From NCBI GenBank assembly GCA_030603885.1, contig JAUVWW010000004.1, positions 2,236-66,235 of the forward strand: a stretch of DNA of 64,000 nucleotides, read 5' to 3'. Position numbers and translations under genes: made by a program. Below the pieces are notes generated by a model. That model saw only the letters and a program-made list of their open reading frames with translations. It searched no databases and was not told the origin of the DNA. Numbering within the stretch: position 1 is the stretch's first letter; every line of letters begins with the position of its first letter. The stretch comes from a bacterium. GTDB lineage: Bacteria > Patescibacteriota > JABMPQ01 > JAUVWW01. Below are positions 56,458 through 64,000 of the stretch, one piece after another.

Positions 56458-57519
56458 ATGTCAAATTCTATTTTAGTCATCAATTCAGGATCAACCTCAT
56501 TAAAGTATAAGCTTTTTAATGCTAAGAATTTCCGAGAGCTTAAGTCTGGGTATATTCAGGATATTGGAACTAGCAAAGTTAAGAATCACGAGCAAGCCCT
56601 GAAGATAGCCTTAAAAGAAATTGATGATTTAGAAAATATTAAGGCCGTAGGTCATCGGATAGTTCATGGTGGAGAAGAGTTTGTTCAGCCTACTTTGATT
56701 ACTAAATCCGTTTTAAGAAGACTGGCAAAATATAATAAACTAGCACCTTTGCATAACCCTGCCAATTTAATGGGTATAAAGGCTTGTCTTAAGCTTTTGC
56801 CTAAGATTCCTAATCTAACTGTTTTTGATACTTCTTTTCATCAGACTATTCCCAAGAAAGCCTATCTTTATGCTTTGCCTTTAAAATATTACAAAAAATA
56901 CAGAATTAGGCGTTATGGATTTCATGGAATCTCCCACCAGTATGTAGCAGAAGAAGCAGCTAAAAAGCTAAAAAAACCTTTAGATAAGCTAAAAATCATT
57001 ACTTGTCATCTTGGCGGAGGATGTTCAATTACTGCTATCGATAAGGGAAAATCAGTTGATACTTCCATGGGATTTACTCCAGCCGAAGGCCTGGTAATGA
57101 TGACTAGATCTGGGGATATTGATCCAGCTATTATTTTATTTTTACAGAGGGAACTTAGACTTGATCCAGATCAGATAGATAAGATTATTAATTTTCAAAG
57201 TGGAATGTTAGGACTTTGTGGAGAAGAGAACATGCTTAAAGTACTCGATAAAATTAAGCGAGGAAATAAATTAGCTAAGCTTGCTTTTGATATTTTTGTT
57301 TATCGGATTCAAAAATATATCGGAGCATATTATGCTGCCTTGGGTGGCCTAGATGCTCTGGTTTTTACTGGAGCCATTGGAGCAGGAAAACCCAAGACTA
57401 GAAATGCCATATCTCAAGGAATAAAACATATTCTTAGAAGAGTCAAAGTCTTGGCTATTTCTACGGACGAAGAGTTAATGATTGCTAGAGAAACTCTCAA
57501 AGTAATTCAAAATCTATAA
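56458..57519 (+). CDS. ackA: Acetate kinase
   Basis: ILVINSGSTSLKYKLF N-terminal signature. The ASKHA-fold motifs run throughout. Confidence 0.9.
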   Translation: MSNSILVINSGSTSLKYKLFNAKNFRELKSGYIQDIGTSKVKNHEQALKIALKEIDDLENIKAVGHRIVHGGEEFVQPTLITKSVLRRLAKYNKLAPLHNPANLMGIKACLKLLPKIPNLTVFDTSFHQTIPKKAYLYALPLKYYKKYRIRRYGFHGISHQYVAEEAAKKLKKPLDKLKIITCHLGGGCSITAIDKGKSVDTSMGFTPAEGLVMMTRSGDIDPAIILFLQRELRLDPDQIDKIINFQSGMLGLCGEENMLKVLDKIKRGNKLAKLAFDIFVYRIQKYIGAYYAALGGLDALVFTGAIGAGKPKTRNAISQGIKHILRRVKVLAISTDEELMIARETLKVIQNL

Positions 57520-57523
57520 AAAT

Positions 57524-58426
57524 ATGATAGATCAAATTATCGGCGTTGACCTCGGTGCCACAAAAATTGCCACAGGATTAGTTAACCAAAAAGGTAAAGT
57601 GGTAAAGAAAGTAAAAATTGCTACAGAGGCAGAAAAGGGAATTGATAAAGTGGTAGAAAATGTAGTTTTTTCCATTGAGCAAGTTGCGCCTGAGAAAGTT
57701 AGTAAAATTGGTTTAGCTTGCGCTGGACAAATAGATATTAAAAAGGGAGTTATAGTTTATTCTCCCAATTTAAAATGGAAAAGAATTCCTTTGGTTAGAT
57801 TAGTCTCTCAAAAGATTGAAAAAGAGCTAGCCTGGGAAGATTTTAAAATCTTTATTGATAATGATGCTAATTGTTTTGCTTTAGCTGAAGCCATATACGG
57901 AGTAGCTAGAGGGAAAAAATATGTAGTAGGGCTGACTTTGGGAACTGGTATTGGCTCTGGCATTGTCATAAATAAAAAAATCTATCATGGTCAGACCTTT
58001 GCCTCAGAAGCTGGACACATGATTGTTGAGCCAGAAGGAAGAGAATGTGCCTGTGGAAGAAAAGGACACCTTGAAGCTTATGCTTCAGGAGGAGCTATAG
58101 AAAGAAAATACAAAGAACTAACTGGCCGAAAAAAGATCGCTACTGATATAGAGATTGAAGCTTTGCAAAACAAGGAATCAGAAGCCTTTCAAATCTATCA
58201 AGAAGCAGGAAAATATTTAGGAATAGGCCTGGCTAATATAGCTAGTATCTTAGATCCAGAGATAATCGTTTTAGGCGGGGGATTAGCCAGATCAGATTTA
58301 CTTATTGATAAAGCTAAAGTTGAGTTTGAAAAAGAGATATTTTTTAGAGACAAAGCTACAAAAATAATAAAAACAAAACTAGGAGATGATGCTGGAATTA
58401 TCGGAGCAGCCTGTATTGCGAAGTAA
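57524..58426 (+). CDS. ROK-family glucokinase
   Basis: IGVDLGATKIATGLV, and a zinc motif CACGRKGHLEAY. Confidence 0.8.
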   Translation: MIDQIIGVDLGATKIATGLVNQKGKVVKKVKIATEAEKGIDKVVENVVFSIEQVAPEKVSKIGLACAGQIDIKKGVIVYSPNLKWKRIPLVRLVSQKIEKELAWEDFKIFIDNDANCFALAEAIYGVARGKKYVVGLTLGTGIGSGIVINKKIYHGQTFASEAGHMIVEPEGRECACGRKGHLEAYASGGAIERKYKELTGRKKIATDIEIEALQNKESEAFQIYQEAGKYLGIGLANIASILDPEIIVLGGGLARSDLLIDKAKVEFEKEIFFRDKATKIIKTKLGDDAGIIGAACIAK

Positions 58427-58491
58427 GAATTGTATTTTGCTTAAAAATTTGAAACATAGTAAAATAAAGGCATAATTAGCCTTTATTTTTT

Positions 58492-60189
58492 ATGACTAAA
58501 CGTTGGGAGATTGCCAAATCAGCGTCCAAAGATTTCATCAAAAAATTTCCAGAATTTTCTCCTTTGGTTTTGCAACTTTTGTATAATCGTGGACTGACTA
58601 CTCAAACTCAAATCGATGAGTTTTTTAATCCAGACTATGAAAGTGATCTTCATGATCCTTTTTTGTTTTCAGACATGGAAGAAGCAGTTGTTCGTATCTT
58701 AAAAGCGGCTAAAAATAAGGAAAAAGTGGCTGTTTATGGAGATTATGATGCTGATGGAGTCACAGCTACAGTACTTCTGGTTGAACTTTTAAAAAAGCTG
58801 GGTATCTCAGGACAAGTTTATATTCCAGATCGAAGAAAAGAAGGATATGGACTAAATAAAAAATCCATTGAGTGGTTATCTTTAAAAAAAGTAAGTTTGA
58901 TTGTCACTTGTGATTGTGGAGTAAGCAATTATAAAGAAGTAGAATATGCCAAAGCTAAAGGAATAGATACGGTTATTTGTGATCATCATCACATAGCCCA
59001 TAAGTTACCCAAAGCCTACGCAGTTATTTGTGCTAAGAAAAAAGAGGATAAATATCCATATAAAGAATTAACCGGAGTAGGAGTAGCCTTTAAATTAGCC
59101 CAAGCTATTCAATCGAAGCCAGAGGCCGGATTAGAATCTGGATTTGAAAAATGGTTTTTGGATCTGGTCTGCTTGGGAACCATAGCTGATATTGCTCCTC
59201 TTTTAGGAGAAAATAGAACTTTAGTAAAATATGGACTTTCCATCTTAGAAAAAACTCAACGCCTGGGTCTTGTAGCTTTAATAAAGATGGCTGGCATAAA
59301 TTCAGAGAAACTAAATACTCATTCAGTTGGATATTTGTTAGTGCCTAAGCTAAATGCGGCGGGAAGAATGAATCATGCTAATAATGCTTATAAGTTAATT
59401 GTGGCAGGGACAGAAGCTGAAGCTAAAAAATATGCTAGACAACTTGAGAAAGCAAATAGAGAGAGACAAAAGATTCAAGGAAAAATCTTTGAAGAAGTTA
59501 AAGATAGAGTAAAAGATGTTAAAGAAAAAGGAATTATTTTTGAAGCAGACGCTAGTTGGCCAGCTGGGATAGTAGGTATTGTAGCTTCAAAATTAGTTGA
59601 GGAATACTCACGGCCTATACTGCTTATGGAGAAGGATAAAGAAGAAAGTACTGGCTCTGCGAGAAGTATTTCGGGTTTCAATATCATTGAAGCCATAACT
59701 CAGTGTTCTGATATTCTTTTAGAATATGGAGGCCACTCTATGGCAGCTGGATTTACTTTGGAAAATAAAAATTTAGAGGAGTTTAAAAAACGACTTGAAG
59801 ATTTGGCTAAAAAAAAGCTAAAAGATGAGGACTTAATACCCAGTGTCAGAATAGATGTTGAGATTACACCAAAAGAGATTAATTGGGAATTATATGAACA
59901 AATAGAAAAATTTGCTCCTTTTGGTGGAGGAAATGAAGAGCCAGTATTTTCCTTGAAAGAAATGAAAATTGTTGATGTGCTTGGGGTAGGGTTTCAGCAA
60001 AAGCATCTTAAACTAAAATTGGCTGACACAGAAAATAGAGTTTGGCAAGCTATTGGCTTTAATTTTGGTGAATGGAAAGATAAGCTTAAAATAGGAGATT
60101 TAGTAGATATAGCTTTTGAGCTAGAGGAGCATGAGTGGAATGGAAAAAGGGAATTAGAGTTGAAACTTGTTGATCTAAAATTAGGCTAG
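58492..60189 (+). CDS. recJ: Single-stranded-DNA-specific exonuclease RecJ
   Basis: DHH motifs (VAVYGDYDADGVTAT ... DHH), then DHHA1 and OB-fold regions. Confidence 0.85.
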   Translation: MTKRWEIAKSASKDFIKKFPEFSPLVLQLLYNRGLTTQTQIDEFFNPDYESDLHDPFLFSDMEEAVVRILKAAKNKEKVAVYGDYDADGVTATVLLVELLKKLGISGQVYIPDRRKEGYGLNKKSIEWLSLKKVSLIVTCDCGVSNYKEVEYAKAKGIDTVICDHHHIAHKLPKAYAVICAKKKEDKYPYKELTGVGVAFKLAQAIQSKPEAGLESGFEKWFLDLVCLGTIADIAPLLGENRTLVKYGLSILEKTQRLGLVALIKMAGINSEKLNTHSVGYLLVPKLNAAGRMNHANNAYKLIVAGTEAEAKKYARQLEKANRERQKIQGKIFEEVKDRVKDVKEKGIIFEADASWPAGIVGIVASKLVEEYSRPILLMEKDKEESTGSARSISGFNIIEAITQCSDILLEYGGHSMAAGFTLENKNLEEFKKRLEDLAKKKLKDEDLIPSVRIDVEITPKEINWELYEQIEKFAPFGGGNEEPVFSLKEMKIVDVLGVGFQQKHLKLKLADTENRVWQAIGFNFGEWKDKLKIGDLVDIAFELEEHEWNGKRELELKLVDLKLG

Positions 60190-60626
60190 TGCTACGCAAA
60201 TCCATGAAATACAATAAACTTACAATTTATACCGATGGTGGAGCAAGAGGTAATCCTGGTCCAGCTGGGATGGCAGTGGTTATCTACGATGAGAATGGCA
60301 AATTAATAGGCCAACACTCAAAGTTCATTGGCAGAGCCACCAATAACCAAGCAGAATACAAAGCTTTAATTTTTGGTTTAGAAAAAGCTAAAAATTTAAG
60401 GGCTAAAGAAGCAAGATGTTTTTTAGATTCAGAGCTTATAGCTAGACAGCTTACTGGACAATATCGAGTAAAGGATAAGGATTTAAAGCCTCTTTTTGCA
60501 AAAATATTACAATTGACAAATAATTTTGATTCTGTAACCTTTAGACATATTTCGAGAGAGGAGAATAAATTGGCAGACAAATTGGTAAATTTGGCTATAA
60601 ATAAAGGAATAATCGATAAAGGTTGA
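60189..60626 (+). CDS. rnhA: Ribonuclease HI
   Basis: IYTDGGARGNPGPAG and NNQAEY...; the DEDD catalytic pattern. Confidence 0.85.
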   Translation: MLRKSMKYNKLTIYTDGGARGNPGPAGMAVVIYDENGKLIGQHSKFIGRATNNQAEYKALIFGLEKAKNLRAKEARCFLDSELIARQLTGQYRVKDKDLKPLFAKILQLTNNFDSVTFRHISREENKLADKLVNLAINKGIIDKG

Positions 60627-60654
60627 CTTTTTTTCTAGTTTTGTTATACTTGAA

Positions 60655-61037
60655 TGAGCCCAAGTGGACTAGATGATCGCCCCCGCGTAATGGGGGGAGG
60701 AAAGTCCGAACACCCTTTGTTCTTCATGGCAAACCATTAGCGAACAAAGAAGTGGGTGCTGGGTAATTCCCAGCGGTCCTGCAGTAATGTAGGGTTAGGG
60801 AAAGTGCCACAGAGACTATACTAGCTTATAGCTCGTAGCTTTAGGCAAAAGGTGAAAAGTATGAGGATGTATCTCGAGATGCTACCTCGTTTCCTCCCGG
60901 GTGACTGGGATGGATGGCAAACCCCACCTGGTGCAAGACCAAACAATGGTTGGTTGCTTGACCCCTCAAGTAATCGAGGGGCTAGATAGATGATCATCTG
61001 AAAAAACAGAATTCGGCTTATGGTCCACTTGGGCCCT
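60655..61037 (+). ncRNA. rnpB: RNase P RNA (bacterial type), not in the ORF track
   Basis: P1 pairing gcccaagtggac (60658-60669) with gtccacttgggc (61023-61034). Conserved GGAAAGTCCG (60698-60707), AGGGAAAGTGCCACAGAG (~60798-60815), and ACAGAATTCGGCTTATGGTC near the 3' end, which matches E. coli ACAGAACCCGGCUUAUCGGUC. The region is a GC-rich island. Confidence 0.8.
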
Positions 61038-61051
61038 AAATAAATTAATAC

Positions 61052-62437
61052 ATGAAAAGATCGGAATTAATCTTTACTGCCCTTCTTGTACCTTTGGACT
61101 TTTTTATGGTACTGCTATCTAGTGTCCTTGCCTACTGGATTCGTTTTCATCCAAGAATTCAAGCTATTCGTCCTATAATATTTAAGCTTCCTTTTCAAGA
61201 ATATATAGTTTTTGTTTTAGCCATTGTCCCTTTTTGGCTTTTGATTTTTGCTATATCTGGTCTTTACAATATTAAAAGAAGAAAGAGATTTATAGATGAA
61301 TTTACTCGAGTTTTCGTTGCTGCCTCTGCTTCCATGTCAGCTGTTATCATCTTTGCTTTCTTTATCAGACAGCTTTTCGAATCCAGATTTATAGTTCTTG
61401 TAGTTTGGTTTTTTAGTATTATTTTGGTAACATTAGGAAGATTTAGTATAGATTCTGTCCGAAGATGGCTCTTTAGATATGGATATGGAATACACCGGTT
61501 AGTGGTAGTAGGTGATACTTTAGAAGCTCGGCGGCTTGTGCATGCTATTAAGACTAATCCAAGAGTTGGCTATCAAGTGGTAGGGAAAATACCAGGTATT
61601 AATGGTGAGGCATGGGAGGAGTTAGAAAAGATAAATCAAAAACCAGGCATAGACGAGATCATGCAGTGTGATCCAACTTTGTCTAAAGAGAAGGTCCTAG
61701 ATTTAATAGATTTTTGTCACGAAAGAAAACTTGACTTTATGTATGCTCCAGATCTTTTTGGATGTGAAGCCACTAATATAGATGTAAGAACCTTAGCTGG
61801 TGTTCCCTTAGTTGAGTTAAGACGAACTCCTCTGGAGGGATGGGGGAGGATAATAAAAAGAACTGTCGATGTAATAGGAGCAATTTTAGGTCTTATTTTA
61901 CTTTTTCCTTTATTTTTAATAGTAGCTTTAGTTATAAAGATTGACTCAGAAGGTCCTATATTTGTAAAACTAACTAGAGTAGGCTATACTGGAGAATTCC
62001 CTCTTTTGAAGTTTCGATCTATGGTCAAAAATGCTCATGCTTTAAAGAAGAAGTTGTTGAAACTTTCAGAAAGGAAAGGTCCTTTATTTAAGATGAAGTC
62101 TGATCCTAGAATTACAAGATCTGGAAGATGGCTTAGAAAGACTCGAATTGATGAACTTCCACAGCTTTTCAATGTTCTTGTAGGCCAAATGTCGCTGGTA
62201 GGCCCAAGGCCCCATGAGCCAGAGGAAGTAGCCCAATATAAAAAGCATCATAAGAAAGTTTTAGCTATCAATCCAGGAATGACAGGCATGGCTCAAGTTT
62301 CAGGTGCTGCTGGTCTAGATTTCGAAGACGAAGTAAAACTAGATACCTATTATATTGAGAATTGGTCCTTGAAGTTAGATTTTACCATTTTACTTAGAAC
62401 CTTAGGGGTGGTACTAATTGGCAGAGGAGCCATATAA
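61052..62437 (+). CDS. Polyprenyl-phosphate glycosyl-1-phosphate transferase (bacterial sugar transferase, WbaP/EpsL-like priming enzyme)
   Basis: N-terminal TM helices, and a C-terminal catalytic domain with LLKFRSM and GPRPHEPEE motifs. Confidence 0.8.
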   Translation: MKRSELIFTALLVPLDFFMVLLSSVLAYWIRFHPRIQAIRPIIFKLPFQEYIVFVLAIVPFWLLIFAISGLYNIKRRKRFIDEFTRVFVAASASMSAVIIFAFFIRQLFESRFIVLVVWFFSIILVTLGRFSIDSVRRWLFRYGYGIHRLVVVGDTLEARRLVHAIKTNPRVGYQVVGKIPGINGEAWEELEKINQKPGIDEIMQCDPTLSKEKVLDLIDFCHERKLDFMYAPDLFGCEATNIDVRTLAGVPLVELRRTPLEGWGRIIKRTVDVIGAILGLILLFPLFLIVALVIKIDSEGPIFVKLTRVGYTGEFPLLKFRSMVKNAHALKKKLLKLSERKGPLFKMKSDPRITRSGRWLRKTRIDELPQLFNVLVGQMSLVGPRPHEPEEVAQYKKHHKKVLAINPGMTGMAQVSGAAGLDFEDEVKLDTYYIENWSLKLDFTILLRTLGVVLIGRGAI

Positions 62438-62482
62438 CTAACTCGTTAAGCCTTTTAAGCTTGAACAGCTTAATTAGTTAAC

Positions 62483-63598
62483 ATGAAGGTAGCATTAGTT
62501 CACGATTTTCTAAATCAGGTGGGAGGGGCAGAAAAAGTGCTTCAAGTTTTTCATGAAATTTTTCCTAAAGCACCTGTTTTTACAGTTGTTTATGATCCGG
62601 AAGAAACAAGGGGTGAATTTGACGATTTAGATATTCGTACTACATTTATTCAAGGAATACCTTTTGGAGTAAAAAGATACAAGTGGTTTTTATCTTGGAT
62701 GCCGGCAGCTATAGAACGTTTTGATTTTTCAAAATATGATTTAGTTTTATCTGACAGTACAGCCTTTGCTAAAGGAATTATCACTAGACCAGAAACTTTA
62801 CATATTTCTTATTGTCATACCCCCACTCGTTATTTATGGAGTGATACCTACTCTTATACAGCGGAACTAAAGCAGCCTAAGATTATAAAAAGTTTTTTAC
62901 CTTTTGTTCTAAATAGAATTAGACTATGGGATAGACTAGCAGCAGATAGAGTAGATAAATTTATTGCTAATAGCCATTTCGTTCGTGAGCGAATTAAGAA
63001 ATATTATGGACGGGAAAGTACAGTCATATACCCCCCAGTAGAAGCCAGAAAGATCCCTTTTTCTAATCCTCAAAAGGTAGAGAATTATTATCTAATAGTA
63101 TCGAGACTCCGACCTTATAAAAGAGTTGATCTGGCTATTGATGCTTTTAATGCTTTAGGTATACCATTGAAAGTAGTAGGCATAGGGGAAGAATATCTAA
63201 AATTAAAGAATATAGCCAAGAAAAATATCGAATTTTTAGGCTCTGTCTCAGATAAAGAAAGAAATAAACTACTTAGCTCATGTATTGCCTTTATTCACCC
63301 TCAGGAGGAAGATTTTGGAATTTCAGCAGTAGAAGCTATGGCTGCAGGTCGGCCTGTTATTGCTTACAAAAGTGGAGGAGCACTAGAGACTGTCAAGAAA
63401 GGGGAAACCGGAGAATTTTTTGAAGATCAAACGCCTTGGTGTTTAGTAGACGCAGTCAGAGAATTCATGCCAGAAAAGTACGACCCCAAGGTTATTAGGA
63501 AACAAGCTTTACAATTTGACACCTCTATCTTTAAAAGGGAAATTAAAGATTTTATAGAGAAAGCCTATAAAGAACATAAAAACAATTTAACAATATAA
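62483..63598 (+). CDS. GT4-family glycosyltransferase
   Basis: MKVALVHDFLNQVGGAEKV at the N-terminus, and the C-terminal E-x7-E region (EDFGISAVEAMAAGRPVIA). Confidence 0.8.
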   Translation: MKVALVHDFLNQVGGAEKVLQVFHEIFPKAPVFTVVYDPEETRGEFDDLDIRTTFIQGIPFGVKRYKWFLSWMPAAIERFDFSKYDLVLSDSTAFAKGIITRPETLHISYCHTPTRYLWSDTYSYTAELKQPKIIKSFLPFVLNRIRLWDRLAADRVDKFIANSHFVRERIKKYYGRESTVIYPPVEARKIPFSNPQKVENYYLIVSRLRPYKRVDLAIDAFNALGIPLKVVGIGEEYLKLKNIAKKNIEFLGSVSDKERNKLLSSCIAFIHPQEEDFGISAVEAMAAGRPVIAYKSGGALETVKKGETGEFFEDQTPWCLVDAVREFMPEKYDPKVIRKQALQFDTSIFKREIKDFIEKAYKEHKNNLTI

Positions 63599-63651
63599 GA
63601 ACCTCTCGCTTCGCTCAAGAACCTTGTTATTCACTTCGTTCATAATAACAA
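63598..63651 (+). repeat. Copy D of the ~50-nt intergenic repeat family (more diverged)
   Basis: TAAGAACCTCTCGCTTCGCTCAAGAACCTTGTTATTCACTTCGTTCATAATAACA. It starts on the GT4 stop codon and lies just upstream of the next gene. Confidence 0.6.
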
Positions 63652-63659
63652 ATAAAGCC

Positions 63660-64000
63660 ATGTCTCCAAAAAACTATCTAAAAGTAATATCAGATCATAA
63701 AGTAGTCGTCATAGTCTGTGTGATATTAGTTGGTCTTCTTGCTTTTATTTTTGCCATGCTTGTACCTAAAAGCTATGATGCCATTCTTACTTTATCAGTT
63801 CATAGAATAAATAGAGAGGAAACAGAAGATTTTCAATACGATAATTATTATGCTATTCAGGCAGCAGAACTTCTGACAGACACCATGGTAAATTGGCTAG
63901 CTACTCCGGATGTAGCCGTAGTCATCTATAATAAGGCAGGGATAACACCTGATGTTGAAGATCTTACCAAGCTATCTAAAAAATTTAGAGCTAGACAACT
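63660..64000 (+). CDS. Wzz/polysaccharide-chain-length-determinant-like protein, N-terminal part (runs off the window end)
   Basis: Short cytoplasmic N-terminus, a TM helix (VVVIVCVILVGLLAFIFAML), then a periplasmic region typical of PCP/Wzz proteins. Its position in a glycan cluster fits. Confidence 0.5.
   Translation, partial: MSPKNYLKVISDHKVVVIVCVILVGLLAFIFAMLVPKSYDAILTLSVHRINREETEDFQYDNYYAIQAAELLTDTMVNWLATPDVAVVIYNKAGITPDVEDLTKLSKKFRARQ

Noticed and set aside
1-64000. CRISPR arrays, transposases or integrases, prophage genes
   Set aside because: No regularly spaced direct repeats with unique spacers were seen, and no recombinase, transposase or phage structural motif was recognised.

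Overview
This window looks like a compact, AT-rich genome of roughly 35-38% GC. Almost everything is on the + strand, genes are tightly packed and often overlap, which fits a reduced Patescibacteria/CPR-like bacterium. No CRISPR array, transposase or integrase is visible. All identifications below rest on motif recognition; no database search was run. Gene content, in order:
- ftsA C-terminus (partial) and ftsZ.
- A cobalamin module: class II AdoCbl-dependent RNR nrdJ, cob(I)alamin adenosyltransferase, a GC-rich leader that reads as a cobalamin riboswitch, then a transcobalamin-like (DUF4430-type) lipoprotein and a small polytopic membrane protein.
- A nucleotide-kinase-like gene and a dCMP deaminase.
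- A ComEC lacking its metallo-β-lactamase (MBL) domain, with a stand-alone ComEC-type MBL gene 2 kb downstream.
- MGDG-synthase-like glycosyltransferase, ndk, tRNA-Pro(GGG), and an unannotated antisense rpmB (L28, too short for the ORF track).
- A site-2-protease-like protein and an SPFH protein.
- rpsL-rpsG-fusA, two adjacent cell-surface hypotheticals, then a 5.6-kb minus-strand accessory block (GNAT, macro-domain fragment, flavoprotein, two NUDIX, CYTH, HhH-GPD glycosylase-like, B12-binding radical SAM).
- tuf-rpsJ and the S10/spc ribosomal superoperon. L30 is absent, and two non-ribosomal genes (a DJ-1/PfpI lipoprotein and a 225-aa hypothetical) sit between rpsE, rplO and secY.
- secY-adk-map-ruvX, a GT2, galT, and a lower-glycolysis block tpiA-fba-gap-pgk-eno-gpmI plus a PfkB-family kinase.
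- pduL and ackA (acetate/ATP), a ROK glucokinase, recJ and rnhA.
- An unannotated RNase P RNA (rnpB) at ~60.65-61.04 kb.
- The start of a polysaccharide cluster: priming sugar transferase, GT4, and a partial Wzz.
Non-coding highlights:
- A ~50-nt repeat family beginning TAAGAACC, in four copies, each placed directly in front of a start codon.
- A second AT-rich palindromic repeat family at two loci.
- A motif shared between the tuf and rplO 5' leaders.
- Lysine/alanine/glutamate-rich tails on many ribosomal proteins.
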